Source: an uncultured virus (IMG/VR IMGVR_UViG_3300043313_000329)
Taxonomy: Duplodnaviria > Heunggongvirae > Uroviricota > Caudoviricetes
IMG/VR virus record: IMGVR_UViG_3300043313_000329
DNA: 20,000 nucleotides
Reading direction: 5' to 3' (one strand)
How positions within the stretch are numbered: the first letter of the stretch is position 1; each line of letters starts with the position of its first letter. Below, one piece after another: positions 1 to 7,130 of the stretch. Made by a program: the position numbers and the translations under genes. The notes beneath the pieces are model-generated. The model did no database searches. It was not told the DNA's origin and worked only from the letters and a program-made list of their open reading frames with translations.

Positions 1-1
1 G

Positions 2-217
2 CCTATCGCGGCGCTCTATGAACAAGGCCGGGTGAGACACGTTTATGGACGCAACCTGAACAAGCTTGAGGACCAGATGATCTTCATGACGCAGCGCGGC
101 TATGAAGGGGCGGGTTCCCCGGACAGGCTGGATGCTGCGGTGTGGGCAATCACTGACCTGATGTTCGGCAAGTCTGCCAGAGGCGGTGTCATGGCACTGA
201 AGGGAGGGCATCACTGA
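2..217 (+). CDS. terL: Terminase large subunit, C-terminal end (5' partial)
   Basis: Frame is open from the window edge: PIAALYEQGRVRHV...LEDQM...SPDRLDAAVWAITDL, typical of the RNase H-like nuclease C-terminus of phage large terminases. Lies upstream of the portal. Confidence 0.9.
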   Translation, partial: PIAALYEQGRVRHVYGRNLNKLEDQMIFMTQRGYEGAGSPDRLDAAVWAITDLMFGKSARGGVMALKGGHH

Positions 218-540
218 TGCATCATCATCATGGATACCTGACCAAGCCAAGGCCGGATATGACGCATTATGCGCGGCGCACCGAAAAGCGGCGCGCGGTG
301 TTCAGCCCGGTAGCCAAGACCACGGCGCAGTTCACGCAGCCAGCGGTGGCTAACACGGTCATAGTACCGGTCAGCAGCACCAGCGGCTATGCGGTGGGCA
401 GCTACGTCACGGTGGGCGCGGGCAAGTATCGTGTCAGCGGGGTGACCGGGCTCAACCTGACCCTGTACAATACCGGAGCCAGCGGCGTGCCCGCGCAGGG
501 CACGGTCATAGCAACCGGCGCAACGGTGAGAGGCTGGTAA
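217..540 (+). CDS. Hypothetical protein, 107 aa (MHHHH start, basic N-terminus, beta-rich Thr/Val/Gly C-half)
   Basis: TGATG coupling with the terL stop, upstream GGAGG, and TAATG coupling with the portal start. Confidence 0.75.
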   Translation: MHHHHGYLTKPRPDMTHYARRTEKRRAVFSPVAKTTAQFTQPAVANTVIVPVSSTSGYAVGSYVTVGAGKYRVSGVTGLNLTLYNTGASGVPAQGTVIATGATVRGW

Positions 541-2159
541 TGGCCAAGTCAGCGACCAAGCTCAAGGTGGTAGAGCCCAAGGAGCGCATTCAGGGGGATG
601 TCAAGGAAAAGCACCCCGACCTAGCCATTGTCTGGGAAGACTGGCAGGAGTGCCGTGACACCGTTGCCGGGGCTACCACGGTCAAGAGCAAGGGCACCAT
701 CTACCTGCCCATGCCCAGCGGCTTCAAGGGCAGCGTTGCCCCGGAGGAAATGTACAGCGCCTACAAGATGCGGGCGCAGTTCCCTGACATGGCGGCACCC
801 ACCATTCAGGGCATGCTGGGTATCATCCATCAGTCAGAGGCGCAGATTGAGGGCCTTGATGAAGGCACCCCCTTGGCGGACATGTGGGAAAGCGCCACGC
901 CCGATGGGCTCACATTAGAGGCACTGCACCGCAAGATCACCGAGGAAATCTTGACGGTTGGCCGGGTGGCGCTGCTGGTTGACCTGCCGCCTGAGGGCGG
1001 TGAACTGCCGTGGATAGCCTTCTACAAGGCTGAGAGCCTGATCAACTGGTCTGAGAGCCGCAACTTCTTTGTGCTGGAAGAAGACTACCGTGTTCGCACA
1101 GGTTATTCATGGAATGGCAAGAAACGCTACCGCGTTTTAGAGGTGGTTGACGAGACTTATCAGGTACAGGTGCTTGATGAGGATGGTGACCCGCTCACTG
1201 AGGATGATGACACCACTGACCAAGACGTGGCTGAGGGCGTGGCCACAGCTGTGGTGGTGCCGCAGGCGCGCGGCGGTGAACCGCTGGGTGAAATACCCCT
1301 AGTGGTGGCGGGCAGCCGTGACCTGAGCCTGCCGCCCGACCAGATACCGCTGATAGGCGTGATCCGTTCTGCCAGCGCCATCTACAGGCTGGATGCCGAC
1401 TACCGGCACCAGCTGTTCATGTCAGGGCAGGAGACCCTGTTCTACATAGGGTTGGATAAGGATGACGTGCCTGACTACGTGGGCGCTGGCGTGGGCATAG
1501 CCATACCTGAGGGTGGTGACGCCAAGTATGTGGGCCCCAGCGGCGCGGGCATAGCCGCCCACAAGACGGCAATTGAGGATGAGCGCAGCAACGCCGCTGA
1601 GGCGGGCTCACGCATGTTCGCGGTGGGTGACAAGAAGGCGGCTGAGAGCGGTGAGGCGCTGCGCATACGGGCGCGCGCGGGCAGCGCCACCCTGATCAGC
1701 GTGGCACAGGTGTCAGCGGCGGCGCTTGAGAAGGCGCTGCGCTATTGCGCCCTGCTGGTGGGCGAAGACCCCAATGAAATCATCGTCAAACCAGACCTGA
1801 GCTTCCTTGACAATGACATGACGGCCGAAGAGGCCAACAAACTGACAGAATTGTGGATGAACAAGGTCATCAGCTATGAAACGCTCTACAACAATCTTCA
1901 GCGTGGCCGCATTGCATCGGAGGAGCGAACCGCTGAGGAGGAACAAGAGCTGGTGGCTGAGGAAGAAGCTGCGTCAATGCCCGAACAGGATGATGCTGCC
2001 GGGGGAACAGAAGTGCCGCTCGCTCTTGACCTCAGTGAGGGCACCGGCACTGATGAATATGGTCCGGTAAGTCAGGCTGAGCTTGATGAATTGTTCGCAC
2101 CAGAAGAAATCACTCCCCCGGATAACCTGCCGCCGCCTGAGGATGAGGTACAGCCATGA
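540..2159 (+). CDS. Portal protein (DUF4055/SPP1-like) with acidic disordered C-tail
   Basis: 539 aa, follows terminase. Motifs YLPMP, Y..Y..RA.F, GRVALLVD, AESLINW, IPLVVAG, AESGEALRIR are characteristic of DUF4055 portals. Confidence 0.9.
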   Translation: MAKSATKLKVVEPKERIQGDVKEKHPDLAIVWEDWQECRDTVAGATTVKSKGTIYLPMPSGFKGSVAPEEMYSAYKMRAQFPDMAAPTIQGMLGIIHQSEAQIEGLDEGTPLADMWESATPDGLTLEALHRKITEEILTVGRVALLVDLPPEGGELPWIAFYKAESLINWSESRNFFVLEEDYRVRTGYSWNGKKRYRVLEVVDETYQVQVLDEDGDPLTEDDDTTDQDVAEGVATAVVVPQARGGEPLGEIPLVVAGSRDLSLPPDQIPLIGVIRSASAIYRLDADYRHQLFMSGQETLFYIGLDKDDVPDYVGAGVGIAIPEGGDAKYVGPSGAGIAAHKTAIEDERSNAAEAGSRMFAVGDKKAAESGEALRIRARAGSATLISVAQVSAAALEKALRYCALLVGEDPNEIIVKPDLSFLDNDMTAEEANKLTELWMNKVISYETLYNNLQRGRIASEERTAEEEQELVAEEEAASMPEQDDAAGGTEVPLALDLSEGTGTDEYGPVSQAELDELFAPEEITPPDNLPPPEDEVQP

Positions 2160-2578
2160 GCATGCCGGGGGAATACCCGCTCAGCATCTACCACGGTGAC
2201 AGCTACCATTGGCAGTTCAAGTTCTGGACTGATGAGGCCAAGACCGTGCCCATGGACCTGACTGATGTGGTGGCCAAGGCTGAGATCCGCAACAAAGCTG
2301 GTGGCGACCAGATATTCAACATAGACTGTGAAGTCGTGCTGCCCAACTTTGTTGAAGCCACGCTGAGCCCGCTTGTCAGCACCAGCCTGCCCATCGGCAG
2401 TATGGTGTGGGATCTTCAGCTGACATGGCCAACCGGTGCGGTCAGCACGTTGCTGGCGGGCCCGGTCACCGTGGTGCAGGACGTTACTGACAGCAGCACG
2501 CCTTTGCTGCGTGCCGCCAACCAGACCACCGCACCCATGACTGTTGAACTCCGCAACAGGGTACGCCGCACGCCATGA
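2156..2578 (+). CDS. Putative fibre adaptor / Ig-like structural protein (BppU-N-like)
   Basis: L.IY.GD...F...DLT....AEIR...WDLQL.....LLAG.V.V..DVT pattern typical of small beta-sandwich proteins preceding fibres. ATGA overlaps on both sides. Confidence 0.6.
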   Translation: MSMPGEYPLSIYHGDSYHWQFKFWTDEAKTVPMDLTDVVAKAEIRNKAGGDQIFNIDCEVVLPNFVEATLSPLVSTSLPIGSMVWDLQLTWPTGAVSTLLAGPVTVVQDVTDSSTPLLRAANQTTAPMTVELRNRVRRTP

Positions 2579-4647
2579 ACAAGGTCATCACAGATGTGGT
2601 GGTCATTGAAAGCGAAGCCACCACCGTTGATTTGACGGTAGAGCCCACGCCTATCGTGGTTGAGGCTGTTGCTGAACAGACGATAGTGGTTGAAATTGGT
2701 GACGTGGGCGGGCCGCGCGGGCCTGAGGGCCAGTTGGGACCACAGGGCCCCATAGGGCCGCAGGGCCTGCCGGGCAGCGGCTTTGTGCTGCTGGGCCATG
2801 TGCCCACCTATGTGGACCTGCCGCTGCTGAGCCTTGACCCCATGGACGCATGGGTGACCGACGACTCCAACCACCTCTGGGTCTGGAACGGCAGCCAGTG
2901 GGTTGATTGCGGCGACCTGAGCGGGCCACAGGGCTTCACTGGCCCGGTAGGGCCGCAGGGCGCGCAGGGCGTTGAAGGGCCGCTGGGCCCGCCCGGTGAG
3001 ACAGGGCAGATAGGTGCGCTTGGCCCGCAGGGACCGCAGGGCATTGAAGGCCCACAAGGGCCAGTGGGTCCACAGGGCATACAGGGCTTTGTAGGCCAGA
3101 CCGGGCCGCAGGGCGCAACCGGTCCGCAGGGGCCAAAGGGCGATACCGGCAACACCGGCTCTACCGGTGCGCAGGGGCCTGCGGGCATCGGCATGAACCT
3201 CAAGGGCACGGTGGCCAACTTTGCCGCCCTGCCCACCACCCACGCGGTCAATGATGCGTGGATCACGGCGGACACCGGCCATTGCTGGGTCTGGACCGGT
3301 ACGGTGTGGACTGACGTTGGCCCGCTACAGGGCCCTAAGGGCGATACCGGTGCTGCCGGTGCGCCCGGCGCTACCGGTGCCACGGGCGCGCAGGGCATAC
3401 AGGGCGTCAAGGGTGATACCGGTTCAACCGGTGCCACGGGCGCGCAGGGTGCCACCGGCACGCAGGGCCCCATAGGCGTGACCGGCGCTACCGGCGCTAA
3501 GGGTGACAAGGGCGACATAGGCAATACCGGCGTGGCAGGCCCAACCGGCTCACAGGGTCCGGTAGGCCCAACGGGTCCGGCTGGTCCGACAGGCCCGCAG
3601 GGTCTGCAAGGTTCACAGGGCATTCAGGGCGTTCAGGGCCCCGTTGGTCCGGCAGGGCCGGTGGCTGAAGCGCCTGCGGATAGCAAGGCGTATGCCCGAC
3701 GCAACTCAACGTGGTATGACCTCACCGCTGATTTTGGGGCCAAGGCCCCGCTGGCCAATCCCGCTTTTACGGGCGTACCTACCGGACCTACCGCAGCGCT
3801 AGGCACCAACACCACGCAGCTGGCCACTACGGCCTTTGTCACTACGGTGGATGTGCTGAAGGCTCCGCTGGCCAGCCCGGTCTTCACCGGCACACCTGTC
3901 TGCCCCACACCGGCCTCCACTGACAACGACACCAGCATGGCCACCACTGCCTTTGTGCAGTATGCCGCGCCTGCCGGGGCGGTGACCATGTTTGCCCGCG
4001 CCACCGCCCCGACCGGCTGGCTGAAGGCCAACGGCGCGCTGATTAGTCGCGTTACCTACGCCACGCTGTTCACGGCCATAGGCACCACCTTTGGCGTGGG
4101 TGACGGCAGCACCACCTTTGCCTTGCCCGATCTGCGTGGTGAGTTTTTGCGGGCGTTTGATGATGCCAGAGGTGTTGACGCCAGCCGCGTGTTCGGCTCG
4201 GCGCAGGCACAGGGCACGTTGAGCCACACCCATACCTTCACTGGCATCGCTTTGGCCACGCATGACCATGGCCTGACGGTGGGCGTCAACAGCGTTGCCC
4301 ACAGTCATAGTTTTGCGGATAGCTCAAGCGCCACAGGCACCGGCAGCGCCAACCATGTCCACAACATGCCCTCCCGCGTGCCCAATATCGTCACTGGCAC
4401 CGGCTTTGGCTTAGGCGCTGGTGTCACCTTCACTGATAATAAGGATACCGACGTGTCAGGTGCCGCCCACACCCACACGGTGGCGGTGTCTGGTACAACC
4501 GGCAACAACAGCGCCAACCACGTGCATACAGTCGACATCACGGCGATCAGCGCAGGCACACCGGCAGGCACCATTGCGGCGCAGACGGGCGGCCTGACGG
4601 AAACGCGCCCGCGCAACTTAGCGCTGCTGTGCTGCATCAAGTATTGA
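2575..4647 (+). CDS. Collagen-like fibre protein with tail-collar domain and HxH metal-binding tip
   Basis: Long Gly-X-Y runs (~2710-3660), two KAPLA.P.FTG.P..PT...ATTAFV repeats, collar domain (PAGAV..FA...APTGWL.ANG...[27 protein letters not shown]), six HxH motifs, C-terminal [15 protein letters not shown]. Confidence 0.9.
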   Translation: MNKVITDVVVIESEATTVDLTVEPTPIVVEAVAEQTIVVEIGDVGGPRGPEGQLGPQGPIGPQGLPGSGFVLLGHVPTYVDLPLLSLDPMDAWVTDDSNHLWVWNGSQWVDCGDLSGPQGFTGPVGPQGAQGVEGPLGPPGETGQIGALGPQGPQGIEGPQGPVGPQGIQGFVGQTGPQGATGPQGPKGDTGNTGSTGAQGPAGIGMNLKGTVANFAALPTTHAVNDAWITADTGHCWVWTGTVWTDVGPLQGPKGDTGAAGAPGATGATGAQGIQGVKGDTGSTGATGAQGATGTQGPIGVTGATGAKGDKGDIGNTGVAGPTGSQGPVGPTGPAGPTGPQGLQGSQGIQGVQGPVGPAGPVAEAPADSKAYARRNSTWYDLTADFGAKAPLANPAFTGVPTGPTAALGTNTTQLATTAFVTTVDVLKAPLASPVFTGTPVCPTPASTDNDTSMATTAFVQYAAPAGAVTMFARATAPTGWLKANGALISRVTYATLFTAIGTTFGVGDGSTTFALPDLRGEFLRAFDDARGVDASRVFGSAQAQGTLSHTHTFTGIALATHDHGLTVGVNSVAHSHSFADSSSATGTGSANHVHNMPSRVPNIVTGTGFGLGAGVTFTDNKDTDVSGAAHTHTVAVSGTTGNNSANHVHTVDITAISAGTPAGTIAAQTGGLTETRPRNLALLCCIKY
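2779..3342 (+). repeat. Two copies of a ~50-aa Trp-rich globular module interrupting the collagen shaft (~2779-2934 and ~3190-3342)
   Basis: [15 protein letters not shown]...[30 protein letters not shown] versus [15 protein letters not shown]...[30 protein letters not shown]. Confidence 0.85.
3742..3957 (+). repeat. Two tandem phage tail-fibre repeats (~3742-3840, ~3859-3957)
   Basis: [33 protein letters not shown] versus [33 protein letters not shown]. Confidence 0.85.
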
Positions 4648-4656
4648 GGAAGTAAC

Positions 4657-4965
4657 ATGCTGGTCTACCACTACCATGAGACTACCGGAGTATTCCTCAA
4701 CACATCGGAAGATGCTGAGCCCAACCCGCTTGAGCCCGGCAAGTGGCTGATCCCGGCCCATAGCACACCCAAGTCACCGCCCAGCCCGCCCAACCCCAAG
4801 ACGCAGCACGCGGTGTTTGACGGCACGTCATGGTCAGTGCAGGCCATACCGCCGCCGCCCAAGCCCACGCATGCCCAGAACATAGCCAATGCACCCAAGA
4901 AAAAGCTGGTTGCGGGACCACTCATCTTTGACGTTCTGACGCAACAGCACGTAGATAGAGGATAA
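4657..4965 (+). CDS. Tail fibre assembly chaperone-like protein (Tfa N-terminal type)
   Basis: Directly follows the fibre, RBS GAGGA. VYHYH..TG.FL...PLEPGKWLIPAHST...PP...F.G..W pattern of Tfa-like proteins. Confidence 0.7.
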   Translation: MLVYHYHETTGVFLNTSEDAEPNPLEPGKWLIPAHSTPKSPPSPPNPKTQHAVFDGTSWSVQAIPPPPKPTHAQNIANAPKKKLVAGPLIFDVLTQQHVDRG

Positions 4966-4969
4966 TTAC

Positions 4970-5296
4970 ATGCCAAGTCTGGAAATTGTACAGGCCGCTG
5001 CCGACCCTGATTTCTACACTCGCGTCAGCTATCTGGCGCTGCGCACGGCGCAGAACGTGGCGTCAGAGGGTGAAAGCGCCCCCAACCATGAGGCGCGGGT
5101 GCAGTACGCCAACCGTGTGTTCCGGGGTGACGACAACGCCGCGCTGCTGGCGCAGCACGTGGCCACCAACCCGGCCATAGGCGCGGCGCTTGAGCAGGGT
5201 AACCCGGTGCCGGATGGTGACATCGAGTACGCTCTGGCCAGCATCTGGGATGCCCGCGCCAATAGCTTCTATGTGCCGCCGCCTGTAACGACCTGA
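4970..5296 (+). CDS. Hypothetical protein (108 aa, helical) in the fibre cassette
   Basis: RBS AGAGGA, 4-nt gaps on both sides, coding-like composition. Confidence 0.75.
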   Translation: MPSLEIVQAAADPDFYTRVSYLALRTAQNVASEGESAPNHEARVQYANRVFRGDDNAALLAQHVATNPAIGAALEQGNPVPDGDIEYALASIWDARANSFYVPPPVTT

Positions 5297-5300
5297 GCCC

Positions 5301-7130
5301 ATGTCAAAGCGCAGCAAGAAACTGAAGATGAGCGGCGGCGCGATGCATGCGCGCGCTCAGTTTCAGGAAGGCAAGCACAAGCGCGACATGTCAGGCAAGT
5401 TTGCCGACATGCCCGGCAGCACTGTGCCCGGTGCCGCAGGCAGCCAAGCCGCGCCCATTGTGCCCGCCGCCAAGGCTGACTGGTTTTCAGCCGCCAAAAG
5501 CAGCCAGATCAAGGGCGACGACCGCATCAAGCTGCACGTCACCAGCAACCCCAAGAAGCCCGGCAGCATGAGCGCCGAGCGCTTTGCCCATTATCAGGAT
5601 GGCATGACAGTAGCTGACTTCAAGAAGGCTGGCGGTCTGCCTGAGGATCTTGCCCATGACCGCAAGAAGGGGTTCGTGACGTTCCATGATAGTGAGACCT
5701 ACGGCAAGCTCAGCACAGCCGGTGCCTCCCCGGTCAGCCAGATCAACCACGCCACCGCCAGCGGCAGGCTGGCCAGCATCAAGGCCGGGGCTGAGGCCAA
5801 GGCTGCCACTGTCACTGCTGAGACCAAACCGGCTGAGCCCACAATGCCTGTCAAGGCAACCGGGGAGCCACCTGAGCCGCCGCCGCCACCCAAACCAGAG
5901 GCAGGTGCCGCCAAGCCGGGCGCAGCTGCCCCCAAACCCGCCGCTGCGGCCCCAGCCAGCCCCGCCAGCCCGCAGAAACCGTCTGTGGGCACTGAGACAC
6001 CCCCTGTGGTCAAGAACGCGCCCACAGCCACGCCTGTGGCCAGCACGGCGGTCACCAGCTTCAAGAAAGGCTCAGCATTAAGCGCTGAAGATGCCACTTT
6101 GAACGGGGTGGAGCTCAAAAGCTGGCAGCCGCCCAAGGATATCAAGGGCTGGCAGAAGGTTGAAGGCCAGATGCCTGATCTGGTTGAGCCACCCATGCCA
6201 AGCAGCGGCAAGATAGGCTCTGGCGTGATTGTGGAGGAGCCTGACGGGCGTATCTGGCTGGCCAAGCCCACGGGCGCGTATGGAGGGTACCAGCACACAT
6301 TCCCCAAAGGCACCATTGAGAAGGGTGAGGGCCTGTCACCGCAGGCCAATGCCATCAAGGAGGCGTATGAGGAAACCGGTCTGAAGGTGCGCATCACCGG
6401 GCTGGCTGGTGACTTCAAGGGCGATACCGGCATTGCCCGCTACTACCACGCGGTGCGTGAGGGCGGCACGCCATTGGATCATGGGCCTGAGAGCGAAGCC
6501 GTTCTGCTGGTGCCCAAGAACCAGCTGGACGCCCACCTCAACAAGGCGCGCGACAAGGCCATCATGAACCAGCACATCACCGGCAGCGCCAAGCCCAGCC
6601 CCGCCGCGCCGCCGCTGATGCCCAAGGGTGCGGCAGCTGATGCACCAGCCAAGCTGCCGGTCAAGATGCCCGACAACCATAGGTACAAGGCGGAAGAGCT
6701 TGTACCGCTGCCCGCCAGCAAGGTGGCTGATGAGGGTGAGGCGGGCATGGCGTGGGAGTATGAGAAGGAATACTTACAGTACGGCGGCAAGAACTGGGCA
6801 CCGGGCATCAAGTCTCAGGCGGACTTTAACGAACGCTATAAGGCAGCACCGCTGACCTATCTTTCTGATGATCAATATGATGGCCTGCAATACACCACCG
6901 TCAACACCAAGAAGCTGCCAACGTTCGCTGACGTAGCGCCCGGCCTGAAGGCGCGCAAGCGTGACCCTGAGGCCATCCGCAGCCGCATGCTGAATGAGGG
7001 TGTCACCACGCCGCCTATCGTGCTGAAGCGCAAGGGCAGCGACACGCTGCGGCTGATGGCCGGGCAAAGCCGTATCTGGGTGGGTCTGGCCACGGGCTAC
7101 CGCGTGCCCGTCAAGATACTGGAGGTGTGA
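5301..7130 (+). CDS. Multidomain protein: KHKRD motif, NPKK-repeat domain, Pro/Ala linker, Nudix hydrolase, C-terminal ParB/Srx-like domain
   Basis: Nudix box PKGTIEKGEGLSPQANAIKEAYEETGL (~6303-6383) preceded by GVIVEEPDGRIWL. C-terminal PPIVL...LMAGQSR...VPVKIL resembles the ParB/Srx GxxR motif. Confidence 0.85.
   Translation: MSKRSKKLKMSGGAMHARAQFQEGKHKRDMSGKFADMPGSTVPGAAGSQAAPIVPAAKADWFSAAKSSQIKGDDRIKLHVTSNPKKPGSMSAERFAHYQDGMTVADFKKAGGLPEDLAHDRKKGFVTFHDSETYGKLSTAGASPVSQINHATASGRLASIKAGAEAKAATVTAETKPAEPTMPVKATGEPPEPPPPPKPEAGAAKPGAAAPKPAAAAPASPASPQKPSVGTETPPVVKNAPTATPVASTAVTSFKKGSALSAEDATLNGVELKSWQPPKDIKGWQKVEGQMPDLVEPPMPSSGKIGSGVIVEEPDGRIWLAKPTGAYGGYQHTFPKGTIEKGEGLSPQANAIKEAYEETGLKVRITGLAGDFKGDTGIARYYHAVREGGTPLDHGPESEAVLLVPKNQLDAHLNKARDKAIMNQHITGSAKPSPAAPPLMPKGAAADAPAKLPVKMPDNHRYKAEELVPLPASKVADEGEAGMAWEYEKEYLQYGGKNWAPGIKSQADFNERYKAAPLTYLSDDQYDGLQYTTVNTKKLPTFADVAPGLKARKRDPEAIRSRMLNEGVTTPPIVLKRKGSDTLRLMAGQSRIWVGLATGYRVPVKILEV

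Noticed and set aside
2710..3660. 9-nt periodic repeats (e.g. GGCCCGCAG) as a CRISPR or tandem DNA array
   Set aside because: Explained by Gly-X-Y coding; there is no constant repeat with unique spacers.
2416..4658. Long minus-strand ORFs (2416-3282, 2808-3623, 3799-4308 and others)
   Set aside because: Antisense shadows of the GC-rich collagen fibre gene; no motifs or RBS, and fully overlapped by a well-supported plus-strand operon.
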